Below, in pieces: positions 51,111 through 62,808 of a stretch of DNA of 64,000 nucleotides. Numbering within the stretch: position 1 is the first letter of the stretch; every line of letters starts with the position of its first letter. Made by a program: the position numbers and the translations under genes. Where the stretch lies: contig NW_021835303.1 in assembly GCF_006345805.1 (NCBI RefSeq), forward strand, positions 1-64,000. The letters run 5' to 3'. The DNA is from Octopus sinensis. Lineage: Eukaryota. The notes under the pieces are model-generated. The model saw only the letters and a program-made list of their open reading frames with translations. It did no database searches and was not told the origin of the DNA.

Positions 51111-52550
51111 AATACTAACAACAGATACAGTTTTCGATAAATATTCGATATAGCAGGATTTATATCACGTAACATGAGAAACTCTTAAATATAAATGACT
51201 GAAAATATTTCACTTAACATAAAACTGGAAAGGACTTCTTTGTGAACATTATTCCGTTTCAAAACCATTAAAACTGATTGGAAACCGTTGACTATAATGA
51301 ATATTTTGTACCCATTAAATTACAATTACTCTCCAAACCCAAACTTTGCATATGTTATTTCGCTTTTTATATGCCCCTACAGGTTTCTTTTCTCTCGATA
51401 CGTTATTACTGTTACGAGGGATCACATCAAATTATATGCTTCTGTGTCCCCTAGGAATCTGTTTATTCCAATTAATGTATCATTATCTTCGGAAACTTTT
51501 TCCCCGTCCCTTGAGGTTGTACTCAACATATATTATGTGTCCCCTTAACCTAAATGCTGTTTTCTCTCTCCCTCCAGATGTTTTCTTAAACTCTAAAATA
51601 TATCTCTATCATATCGCTATCTTCGTAGTCCTAAGAGTTTATGATCCTTTCCAAATACCATTCTCTTTCTGAAAAAAGAATTGCCAAAGAATATTTATTT
51701 TTCAGTTTGGAAAACACCGACGGTTAATTATTTTCTTTAGAATGGTCGGAACTGTATTGCTTTTTTTTTTTTGCTTTTTCTTTTGCTTCTTACCAAATCA
51801 TCACAAAATATATATCATGGGGCTTTACAGAGTTCTCCGAATAATGGCCACCAAATGACAGAATCAGTAAAACGCCATGCGTCATCACGTCCTGAGTTCA
51901 ATTCTCCCTCGAGTAAATGTTGTTGTCCTTCTGAGGAGATGGGGTAAAATAAATGCCAGTCAACTGCCGGAGTCAAGTTAATTTAATCAACCCTGTTCAG
52001 AAATTAGACATAAATATATTTCTACTAAGACGTCAGACTGATGTCCTACCTGAATGCAATGGTAAACTATTTCTGCCCAGATATAGCACTCTGGCCTTAC
52101 ATAAAGCACCAAACCCTCAATATGCAAATCAACCAATTTAACTAATAAATATATTGATAGATAGATTCATATACAAATCGTTGCTATTATGTTAAACTGT
52201 CGTACGTCCAAATTTGGCCAAATTTCACAATTCAAGAGTTTGGCAGCCTTGTTTTATCTCAAGGCAGGACTTTCCTCCTCAACCACCTCTACGTAACCCC
52301 ACTAGCAAACACTTGCATTGGGTTGTCAGATCAATTCGTTCTTTTACTTGACAGTCCATCGTCATATGTTTGAAAAGAGGTAAATTTTATTCAAATTTCA
52401 AAAATGATAAGCAAGAATTGTAGAGGAAGAAAAGAGCTACAAAAAAAACGCAAGACGATGCGATTAAAAATACTTGTGTTAACTGAAATGATATTGGAAA
52501 GGATTTTCAAAAGATAAAAATGGTAAAAACAAGCGAATTTATCTGACAAT

Positions 52551-52863
52551 ATTCATATTCCCCATTTACGACTTGGACTGCTGGGTGCAAAAGAATTTAA
52601 TTAATCAATCAATCAATTAATTAATTAATTAATTAATTAATGATTAATTGATTAATTAATTAATTCGTGTATTTATTAAAGCAATTCATTGACTAATATT
52701 TCTACTAACTACACAAATATACAGTACCAAGAGGTACCTCAGAGTTCGCCTCAGGCCAAAGGTCTGATTCCCATTCATATTCCTCATTTACGACTAGGAT
52801 TCCTGGGTGCAGAAGAAATTAATTAGTTAGTTAATTCGTGTATTTATTAAAACTATTCATTGA
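52551..52863. repeat. Direct duplication upstream of the 52895 acceptor (52551-52692 / 52773-52863)
   Basis: Shared attcatattcc..catttacgact.gga.t.ctgggtgca..agaa.ttaatt...aattcgtgtatttattaaa; copy 1 has an expanded (TTAA)n. Confidence 0.85.
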
Positions 52864-52894
52864 AAATTCTTTATTCATTCTTTCTTTCTTTCAG

Positions 52895-53105
52895 AAAGTT
52901 GGCTGCGACGGCCTCCTCGATTCTACTGCGAAAGAAGATTCCTGTGGCGTCTGCAATGGCAACAACATGGCCTGTCGTGTGGTTCACGCCAACATTACGG
53001 GTGACCAGACTTTCATGAAATATGGTTACAATCCATTGATGATAATACCCAAAGGAGCGTTCAATATTTATATTAAAGAACTAAAACCCAGTAGAAACTA
53101 CCTCG
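52895..53105 (+). CDS. Exon: end of Cys-rich module and start of spacer (KVGCDGLLDSTAKEDSCGVCNGNNMAC...YGYN...IPKGAFNIYIKE...RNYL)
   Basis: Acceptor tttctttctttcAG, donor GTAAGT. VGCD..L.S...D.CGVC.G and GY....IP.GA..I.I.E motifs. Confidence 0.96.
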
Positions 53106-54186
53106 GTAAGTTTCCAGTCTAGTTCTACACTTATACAATCTCTTTTGTTTTATTATATGCAATGAACGTGTCATAAAGGGCGGAGGAGGATCGCAATAAA
53201 AATCACGGTACACTCAGATACAGGATATTATTGTGGCTTATTCAGAACAGTTCTTCATTCAAGTATAGAAAACTATCCCTGAGAAATGAAATTTACATAC
53301 TTTTGACGAAATCAATGAAGAGTATAATATTTTGGGCTGTGATACTTCTTCAGGATTAACGAAGTAAGAGAGAGGGGGGAGAAAGGGAGGGAGAGAAGGA
53401 CGAACGGACAGATAGGCAAATAGTCTAAGAATATTATACAGAAATCAATCAAAGCAACAACGGAATGATGACTGACGAACGGAAGTTTAAAGTCTAAAGA
53501 CTGTTGAATGAATTTAGTTTGGTATTCCACTAATTTTTAGCCACAGCATTGGTAGCAAAGATGATGGTCCGTTTTCTTAAGTTCAGCGTGGCGTCTTGAA
53601 GGGTTAAGTCAAGCAAATCGCCCCCACTAATATATATATTTCTGAGCCTGATACTTATTCTATCAGTCTCATTTCACAAACCGCTAAGTTACATAGACGT
53701 AAACAAACCGATAACAATTGTCAAGCCTAAGTCTGACCACGTCAATTAGTCTAATTACGCTCATGAACATCGTACCTGCCCCTGCGTTACAAATGTTTTG
53801 GGTGGAGGGGTACTTTGAAAAAAAGGGTGCTGTTCCCTAGCTCAACGCCCCTCTTAGGACAGAATAGCGTCTGTATTTGAATAACAATAACCAAGTGAAA
53901 GAAAACGAGTCAGTTCTGATTGAGAGAGAAATTGAAGGAATCGAATTAAGTGATTTATTTTATCGAACCTGGAAGAATAAAAAGCACAGTTGACCTTCAT
54001 GGGGTTTGAACTCAGAACATATTTGTTTGTCGCTCTAGAAATTCTTCTGATTGTTCACCAAATTGTATTAGACACGGGGATGAAAAGGTTTTGCAGGATT
54101 TTGTCAACAAATCAAGTAAACATCTATCATGGGAAAGGAAGCGCCAGATTTTGAGTTCGAATCACCAGAGACTCAAAGCTCTATAC

Positions 54187-54430
54187 CTTTCATCGTTTAT
54201 TTGTTTCAGTTACCAGAACAGGGCCATGCTGGGGTACACCGCCTTCAAACGTTTTTTTTTTTGTTTTTGTCGAACGAATAGACCCCCACCCCGTTCTTTT
54301 TCAAATGCCTGGTACTTATTCTATGCGTTGTTTTTGTAGAAACACTATATTACGGGGGTGTAAACAAACCAACACCGATAGTCAAGCGGTGGTGGGGCAC
54401 AAACACACTCTCTCACTCTCTCTCACACAT

Positions 54431-54472
<42 letters not shown>
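54187..54472 (-). mobile_element. SINE family C 3' half
   Basis: gggccatgctgggg...aaacaaaccaacaccgatagtcaagcggtggtgggg. Confidence 0.75.
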
Positions 54473-54476
<4 letters not shown>

Positions 54477-54886
54477 TGGGTGTGGTGAATAAACTGTCGT
54501 CTAAATTACGCAAAAATGAAAATAACACTGACGTCTCATTTTAACAGATACATTTACTAAAATTACATAAAAGGATCTTGAAATACTAAAGAATAAATTT
54601 ATTCAATAATATCGCCATTGGCTTCAACCACGGCTTCCAGACGACTTCGGAATCTCCTGCAACTCTTCTGGACTGTCTCCTTGTTTAAGTTGGCGAATGC
54701 TGCCATAATCCTTGCCTTCAGTTCATCTTTGGTGTTGCAAGCAGTTTTGTCGGTCTCTCGCTCCACTGAGCCCCACCTATATTAATCAAGGGGGTTGCAG
54801 TCTGGGGAGATAGGTGACTAGATGTTAGGGGTGATGTAGTCGCAGAAATTGTCTGACAGACATGACTGGGGTCTCCTACTTGTGTG
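54472..54886 (-). pseudogene. Tc1/mariner-superfamily (maT-like) transposase C-terminus with TIR
   Basis: SPDCNPLD*..WGSVERETDKTACNTKDELKARIMAAFANLNKETVQKSCRRFRSRLEAVVEANGDIIE*; TIR abuts (TA)n. Confidence 0.8.
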
Positions 54887-54926
54887 AGTCCTGTTACCAG
54901 GCATAGGGTTTTCCAGCAGCCACCCT

Positions 54927-55150
54927 CTTATTTCTTTACTGCCCACAAGGGGCTACACACAGAAGGGACAAACAAGGACAGACAAACGGATTAAGTCGAT
55001 TATATCGACCCCAGTACGTAACTGGTACTTATTTAATTGACCCCGATAGGGTGAAAGGCAAAGTTGTCCTCGGCAGAATTTGAACTCAGAACGTTACGGC
55101 AGACGAAATACGGCTAAGCGTTTCGCCCGACGAGCTAAGGTTTCTGCAAT
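54927..55150 (-). mobile_element. SINE family A
   Basis: Tail ttatttctttactgcccacaagggg; body and head reversed. Confidence 0.85.
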
Positions 55151-55581
55151 CGAGGCCGCGCCCTAATGATTCTGACCCCTAACAGTATAACCATATGTCT
55201 CTTCACTTACACCCCTAATACTACCCAAGAAGTCATAGATGTGCCAACGCCCATTTATCCCATCCCTTGTGGATTCTGAACACGTTGTGTCTTATCAAAA
55301 ACTTAGATTTCACAAAATAAGGGAGACGTATCCTTTTGCTCTGTCAAGCGAAAATTCGAAGAGTTCTGGGAAGAAGACAAAAGATTTCAAGAATGCTTCA
55401 GTTAAAACCTGACAAAAGGAAAATTCTTTCAATTGAATCAAATTTATTTCGTTCTACGTCCAAAGAGGAACATTGCCTTGAACAGCAGCTTTCAGCTTTA
55501 TTGTGTTTGAAGTAGACGAAGAATGTCTTATGTTCATTATTTACTTTTTGACGGGTATTTGTCCTCATCTTGTTTGTTGTT

Positions 55582-55627
55582 AACACAACGTTTCGGCTGA
55601 TATACCCTCCAGCCTTCATCAGGTGTC
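55582..55627 (-). ncRNA. Intact minimal type I hammerhead ribozyme
   Basis: GACAC-CUGAUGA-A-GGCUG(gaggguauau)CAGCC-GAAA-CGU-U-GUGUU: 5-bp helix I, 5-bp helix II, palindromic ACGU helix III. Confidence 0.8.
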
Positions 55628-55678
55628 TTGGGGTAATTTCGAACCTGGGTTCTCGTTCCTAAGGTATTTTTCGATGTA

Positions 55679-55745
<67 letters not shown>

Positions 55746-55962
55746 CGGTCACTGCCTGGAATCGAACTCGGAATCTTGTGGTTAGTACCACTACGCCATA
55801 TGCCCGTGGGCGTAGTGGTTAAGAGCGCAGGCTACTAACTCCAAGATTCCGAGTTCGATTCCAAGCAGTGACCTGAATAATAATGATAATAATAATAACA
55901 ACAACAACAACAACATCGAAAAATACCTTAGGAATGAGAACCCAGGTTCGAAATTTTCCCAA

Positions 55963-56008
55963 GACACCTGATGAAGGCTAGAAGGTATATCAGCCGAAAC
56001 GTTGTATT
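55963..56008 (+). ncRNA. Minimal hammerhead, sense copy with helix I and II mismatches
   Basis: GACAC-CUGAUGA-A-GGCUA...CAGCC-GAAA-CGU-U-GUAUU. Confidence 0.7.
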
Positions 56009-56223
56009 AACAACAAACAAGATGAGGCCAAATATCCGTCAAATGTAAATAATGTAAATAATGTACATAATTCCTCATCTCTTAAATATAGAGCTGAAGA
56101 GTGTCTTGTCTATTTTTATTGTGTAATTTAGCACAAGTTTAATGTATTAGAGTGTGCGAGAACGAGAGAGGTGTGGAGGCGGTAGAGTGAATACTTGTCT
56201 GTAGCAAAGAATATCAAATACCT

Positions 56224-56633
56224 AAGCGTAGGCGTGGTTTTTTGGTGAGAAGTTTGCTTTCCAATCACATGGTTCAGGGTTCAGTCCCGCTGCGTGGCAT
56301 TTTGGGCAAGGGTCTTCTACTATAGCCTTGGACCGAATAAAGCTTTGTGAGTGGATTTGGTTGATAGAAACTGAAAGAAGTTAGTTATAATATATGTGTG
56401 TGTGTGTGTGTTTGTGTCTTTGTATCTGTGTTTGTCCTCTCACCACCGCTTGACAACTGTTGCTGGTATGGTTACGTACCCGTAACTTAGCGGATCGGCA
56501 AAAAATACCGATAGAATACGTGCCCGGCTTTTAGAAAATAAGTACTGAAGTCAATACATTCGACTAAAAATTCTTCAAAGCGGTGCTCCAGCATGGCCGC
56601 AGTCTAATGACTGAAACACGTAAAAGATAAAAG
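56224..56633 (+). mobile_element. Full-length SINE family C
   Basis: Head, gggttcagtccc, ttgggcaagggtcttctactatagcc, (TG)n core, tail gactgaaacacgtaaaag. Confidence 0.88.
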
Positions 56634-57009
56634 TGCATTGTTAAAAACTAAGTAATGACCCGACGCCCTAATCAAAACGCGAACTCGGGATCGAGGTTGC
56701 AAATACTTTGAAGTAAAACTCACATGACGTCGTCATAATCCTCTAAAACCGCGATAAATGCATCAGTAACTGATATAATGATTTCTGGGTGTTGTTTGCG
56801 AGGTGGAGTCGAAATAACGGAAGAATCCGAAATAGATACTCGAAATTCGTCACAGTTTTAAACAGGAATTCTACTGGAGGTCAATTTAGATTTTCCTTAC
56901 GCTAATTGATGTCGTTAATTGATGACGAGGATTCGTTGATGCCTAAGACATCTTTAATAGTGCCATTTGTTTCGGAAAAGATTTCTTGTTGCCAAGAATT
57001 AAACCGTTT

Positions 57010-57242
57010 TTTTTGTAACTAAACACTTTCAAACTTCGGACACTGGTAGAATGTGTTATATAAAATATCTTTTACTCTTAGCATTTTTGAGAAAAACTTA
57101 TATTTACAAAGTTATTTCACGTTAAATTTCTCGTATTTCGGTAATTTCAACCAATCAATGACGTGTATTCAGCTGAGTAAAATATATTTTATATGACACA
57201 TTCTACCAGTGTCCGAAGTTTGAAAATGTTTAGTTACAAAAA
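57010..57242. mobile_element. Fold-back MITE-like element with ~67-bp inverted arms
   Basis: ttttgtaactaaaca.tttcaaacttcggacactggtagaatgtgt.atataaaatat at 57010-57077 and reverse complement at 57175-57242. Confidence 0.75.
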
Positions 57243-58129
57243 TTATTTTTTTTAAATCTGTAGGTCAAAAGATAAAGATCCAACAATTGTTCTTGAGTAT
57301 AGTATTAAAAATATCTCGTTCCGCTACCAAAATGCATTTCACAACCTAAAAACGTATACATGCAACCACGTAAGCGTTAAATTTAGCCGTGAGTTTAAGA
57401 ATTTCGTTGATTAAAAATATAACTATCGCAGCAAAATGGGAGAACTGTCAAAACATCAGGACAAATTTCTTGCCGTATTCTGTTAAATTTCTGAGTTCAA
57501 ATTCCAGCAAGGTCAACTTTGCTCTCGAGGTCAAAGAAATAATATGCCATTCCTGTATGGTGATCGATACCATCGACTAATTCTTCTCCTTAAAATTGAT
57601 GGTTTTGAATCTAAATTAGAAGCGATTAGTTAAAAATAAAAGAACGAAAGGAATTCCTTCTTATTGGATTTTGGTTCTTATAATGCTTTTTCCAGCTTTT
57701 GTGAGACATTTTTGTTTCAGATTTTCTTCTTTCAACCAAAAAAAGTAAACCTTTGTTGAAGAATCAGAACAAAACCTTCAAACATATAATAAATCTCGAA
57801 AAAGACATTTTTCTTTTTCGATTTTCTTTTTTTTTATATTATTTCGGAAGTTTTTTTTATCTTCTTGAAGAATTTCTCTTTGAGCGGTTTATAAAGTTCC
57901 CAGCCTGTAAAATTTGTCCTTTTTGTTCGCTGGAGCTGAGAGAATAATATCACCTTTGGTGATTTTCAAGATAATCCCGTCTAAGTATGCTTGAAACATT
58001 CACTTAATCCATGGATAAGCATAATCAGCGTTACAGCTGACTGGGTCAATAAAATGTTGCTCTACATAGTCCATTGTCGAAGGTTCGCATCCCGTAGCGA
58101 CACGTCCTTGATAAGGCACATAATATTGA

Positions 58130-58647
58130 CTTCAAATTTTTGCACAAGGCCAGAAATGTCGGAGAGGGTTATAAGTCGATTACATCGACCCCAGTACTCA
58201 ACTGGTACTTACTTTATCAACCCCGAAAGGATGACTGACAAACCCCGGCGGCATTTAAACTCAGAATGTAAAGTCGGAAGAAATGCCACTAAGCATTTTG
58301 TCCGGCAGGGCTACGATACTACCAGCTGGCCGCCTTCTATAATGGCGAAATATTACTACTAATTACTCTTGTATAAGGTAGCGGGTGAGCTGGAGGAAAT
58401 GTTAGCATGCCGGACAAAATGCGTAGCGGCCTTTTGTCCGTCTTTACGTTCTGAGTTCAAATTCCGTCGAGGTTGACTTTCTCTTTTATCCTTTGGGGAG
58501 TCTATTAAATAAGTTAAGCAGTGGGGGTCATGCAATTGATTTAGCCTCTCCCCCGAAATTGCTGGCCTTGTGCCAAAATTTAACACCAATATTAAGCAGC
58601 TCAATCCACGCATATATATATATATATATATATATGCATATATATAC

Positions 58648-58685
<38 letters not shown>

Positions 58686-58930
58686 ATAACAGCATAGTTG
58701 GGATCTTTCCCTTCTTCGACACAAAACCATTCTTTTAGAAGAATTTATTCGATTCTATAGGCCTCAGCTTTTGACGGTACTTTATTTTTATTTTATCGAC
58801 CCCGAAATGACGAAAGGCAAATTTGATCGTTATAGGATTGGAACTCAGAATGTAAAAGACCGTAATTAAATACACTAAAGCAATTTTCTTCCCATCCTTC
58901 ATCGATTGTACCAATCTCTTACTCTGGGGC
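58130..58930. mobile_element. Three SINE family A copies (-,+,-)
   Basis: About 58130-58340 (-), 58372-58585 (+), 58732-58930 (-). Confidence 0.75.
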
Positions 58931-59018
58931 GAAAGGTGGGGGGGGGACAATATAATCCATGACCGCCCTTGTTAGCACTCCGAGTCGGGTTCAGGTCTTC
59001 ATATGTTCGTTAAAAAGT

Positions 59019-59225
59019 TACCGTATTTGGTGACACAAAAGACGTATATTAAAGACATCTTAATTTCAACAGCGCATATTCCAAAAAGAAAAAGTGATTT
59101 TAGTGCATTAAAGCCCATGGGGTGGGGGTCCAACTTTGCACATAGAACCCTGAGCGATTTATTTCTTTTAGATATTATTTTATTTTGGGTAAAAAAAATT
59201 CGTCTTCTGTGATATCAAATACAGT
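59019..59225. mobile_element. pogo/Tc1-like MITE
   Basis: Degenerate TIRs ccgtatttggtgacacaaaagacg / reverse complement ctgtatttgatatcacagaagacg. Confidence 0.5.
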
Positions 59226-59256
59226 TGCCAGAAATGGGAGAAGCTTCCAGAGTATT

Positions 59257-59307
59257 ACTGACAACGTTTCATCAACGGAGTCACTCGGCGGATTTATTCA
59301 GTTCAGT
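59257..59307 (-). ncRNA. Degenerate minimal hammerhead motif
   Basis: Reverse complement ACTGAA-CTGAATA-AATC...GAT-GAAA-CGTT-GTCAGT; G8 changed. Confidence 0.45.
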
Positions 59308-60474
59308 GATTCATTTGATCATTAGACTTGATGCGGACTCTTTTGCTTCGTGGTTCATTATTCAAAGGCTCTTAAATGATTAATGTACGTTTTAATTACA
59401 AGACATTTTGTTTTCTAAATTAGGAAGTTGCTAAGTAAATGAATAAATGTAATGTCTAGAACACGTTCTATTCCGATGATGTTTATTACATTCTAGAACT
59501 AATGTTTCGGGTGTCGGGATGAGGGGGGGATCCGCATAAAACTATTCCAATCCCAAATTTGGAAGCTGCCATTAAATAAACATTATTATTTCTTGAACCC
59601 TGGGAAAAATCAAAAGAAAATCTATAAAATATATATATATAAACACTGAAAGAAAACTAATTTGTTAAAGGGTAAAAGTAAATCTATCTTGAATTAATGA
59701 GAAAATAGTACTGCCTACAAAGTCACAGTAATTCTTTGAACATTCCTGGAACTCTGATAACATCTTAATTAAGAAATATTTTTATTAAAGGACCTCATTG
59801 TTTCACTAAGGTCTTTTGCTTAGAAATGAATCGCCTATTTTTGTGGTTTTTGTTTTTGTTGGTTCAGAGATTCTGTTTCGTTTTGATTTTGTCTTTTATA
59901 CTTTTTGGTAAAGTCAAATTGAATGGAGCCGCCTTTGAATAAGTCTTCAAATGTAGAAATAAAAATGATTAAGAACGTTATATTTATTACTTTGCAGACA
60001 CGTAATTACACTAAGCAGATATGGTTTTCGGTTACCAATTCCAAAATCTTACATTCATTATCTGCTGCAGGCGCTTTGTTATCTGTGGTTCTGAATAATT
60101 ATTTAATTATTTCAACTCTTTCACCCAGCAACCACGAACGGGCAATGACCTGCCAAACTTACCGCAACCCCACCGGCATCGACGATTACTTCAAACCGGT
60201 GTTATGTGTTATGTTCATCTACCGATTCGTTTCTGCCTCTCGGGTGTTTGCAATTAAATAACTAATTTGTAGAATCATTAGAGCGTAGAACAAAATGCTT
60301 TGCCGGCATGTGTCCCGAATCTCAATGCTCCGAGTTCACATCCCGCCTAGGTCAACTTTTCGTGTCATTTTATCAGGATTTATGAAATAGAATGTCACTC
60401 CGGAAATTGGGAGGCTGGAGGAACTGTTCGTGTTTAGTGATGTATTTAGTGTTTAGCAGTATATTAAACTGGTC

Positions 60475-60818
60475 CTCCGTCGGTTACGACGACGACGAGG
60501 GTTCCGGTTGATTCGATCAACGGAATAGCCTGTCTGTGAAATTAATGTGAAAGCGGTTGAGCGCTCTACAGATACGTGTACCCTTCACGTTGTTCTCATG
60601 GAGATTCCGTGTGACACAGAATGTAACAAGTATTACAGGTAACAAGAATTACCTGTAATGTAGCAAGAATTACAGGTACAACTCATTTTACCAGCTGAGC
60701 GGACTGGGGCAACGCAAAATAAAGTATCTTGCTCCAGGACACAAAGCACCACCGGGAATCGAACTCACAACCTTACGATAGGGATCCGAATACCCTAACC
60801 ACTAAGCCACGCACCTAC
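60475..60818 (-). mobile_element. SINE family B (OR2-like)
   Basis: cggttacgacgacgacgagggttcc...gggaatcgaactcac...ctaagccacgc. Confidence 0.85.
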
Positions 60819-61152
60819 AATAAATAATATAATTAGTGTCTTAATCATTACGGTGTTCGAGTAACGATCACAAGGTCGTGAGTTCAATTTCTGGATTGGG
60901 CATCGCGTTGTGCTCTTGAGCAAGGCACTTCGTTTCCCGTTCTTCCAGTCTACTCACCTTTAAATGAGTAAGGGGTGCGTCTCCATCTCCTTCCAGCCGC
61001 CATATCGTCGATGATCCGCTGGTTCATAGGATGGGAGAATCCGGAGGATTTCTGTATCAGGCCGCGACCACATTGATCTCTAAAAACAATTAGCGAAAAC
61101 ACATTACACATTACATTCTCTGTAACTACTGTTTTTTTTGTGTGTGTGTATT

Positions 61153-61192
61153 ACTCTGATGAGGACACAATAAGGCTCGAGAATCGATTAAG
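61153..61192 (+). ncRNA. Degenerate minimal hammerhead motif
   Basis: CTGATGA-GGAC..GCTC-GAGAA-TCGAT-T; palindromic ATCGAT; GAAA interrupted. Confidence 0.45.
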
Positions 61193-61235
61193 CCTGTTCA
61201 TCATTTTTTTTCCAATCTACAGGGAAACATATATA

Positions 61236-61408
61236 AACGAGGGGGTGTCGAAAAGTTCCTTGTTTCGGCGAAAACAAAATACGGAAGGATCAGTTAATTA
61301 TGATTTTATTCAACATATTCCCCTTTTAGATTCACACGCTTATTGCAGCGGTCCTTCAGTCCTTTCGTGATACATTTAAAGCCAGGAACTTTTGAGCACC
61401 CTTTCGTA
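61236..61408 (-). mobile_element. Mariner-derived MITE (family of 45750)
   Basis: TIRs acgagggggtgtcgaaaagttcct / aggaacttttgagcaccctttcgta. Confidence 0.75.
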
Positions 61409-61577
61409 TATCACCTTTTAACGAACCAGTGACAGCATCGTTTAAACGCATTTTACAAAAACATGACAGAGAAAATATAATTTACTACCGGGCATCTGTT
61501 TCTCTGTTTTGCGTTATTCATTATTGCCTCTTTCATGATAATCCTTATCCTAATATCTTTAATAATTCTATTTGCAG

Positions 61578-61750
61578 CTATAAAAACCAAATCCGGCCAC
61601 GGACTTCTTAATACTCATTGGCGATTATCTCCTTATGGAATAAAACGGATTCCTGGAACAGTTCTGGATTATCAACGTCAGAAGAATACCTCTTGTCCTG
61701 GACAATGTATATTTATTGTGGGACCTTTATCAGAAGATATCCAAATACAG
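61578..61750 (+). CDS. Exon: ADAMTS spacer (A-IKTKSGHGLLNTHWRLSPYGIKRIPGTVLDYQRQKNTSCPGQCIFIVGPLSEDIQIQ)
   Basis: Acceptor ttctatttgcAG completes GCT(Ala) of NYLA. LN..W, GT...Y.R and GPL.E.I.IQ spacer motifs. Donor is a weak GTATAT. Confidence 0.9.
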
Positions 61751-62110
61751 GTATATACACATACATATATACACATGCACATACATACATACATACATAC
61801 ATACACACGTACATACACACATACATACGCACATACATGCATATATACATGCACGCACACACACATATCCATCCATACATACATTCATAAACACAAATTC
61901 ATACACATACATACATACGCACACATATACATACACATACATACACACACGCACACACATCCATCCATACATTCACACGCACATACATATACATACACGC
62001 ACATAAATACATACATACATACATACATACATACATACATACATACACACATACATACACACATGCATACACACACGTATATGCATACACATGCGCACAA
62101 CACATGTATA
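61751..62110 (+). repeat. (TACA)/(CA)n microsatellite starting at the splice donor
   Basis: Direct reading. Confidence 0.95.
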
Positions 62111-62769
62111 GATACATGGTGGTTGTCTACTCCTTATACAGCGTTTGACCACCTCTGGTACCTACACCTTAGCACCATCATGGCACCTGATGTGGCTTTT
62201 TAAACCAGACAATGTTCTGCAAAGACATCCACATAGATTTCACCTCTGATTTGGGCCACCAATACCTGCAGTTAAGTTCTGATCTTTGTGGATCTTAAAA
62301 TGTCTTTTGAGACGTTTGGACGCTCGCTTTGCAAAAAAATATTGTGTTAAAGAGGCGCTTAAACACTACAGAAATTTATGAAGTGCTCCAGACTGTACAT
62401 ACATACATACATACATACATACATACATACATACGAAGAAAAACAAATACACGTATACACACAAATACGAAAATCAAGCATAAAAAAGTGTACGTCGGTA
62501 TACATACTTATATATGAATGTCTGTATATGGGCATGGATGGATGGATGCATGCATGCATGCATGCATGAATGCATGCAGGCACGAAGTGTATTCCAGACG
62601 TTTTGAGACATTTTCGGAAGAGACATTTATTTAATTCAAAGAAGTACAAAATTCTAATCTCCTTCAAAGTAAGACCCTCTGGTTTCAATGTACCTGTTGT
62701 AGTGCCCAACGAATTTCGTGAAGGCCCCATGGAAAGAAGCCCGTCGTATATATATATAATATATATATA

Positions 62770-62808
<39 letters not shown>

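Larger units (their letters stand above)
55535..56095. mobile_element. Head-to-head palindromic tRNA-head/hammerhead element
   Basis: Arms 55535-55798 (-) and 55808-56054 (+) are reverse complements; each has A/B boxes, a TAA/CAA linker and a hammerhead. Confidence 0.85.

Noticed and set aside
55808-55880. Genuine tRNA gene (likewise other SINE heads)
   Set aside because: Has A/B boxes but no acceptor-stem closure and continues into a repeat body.
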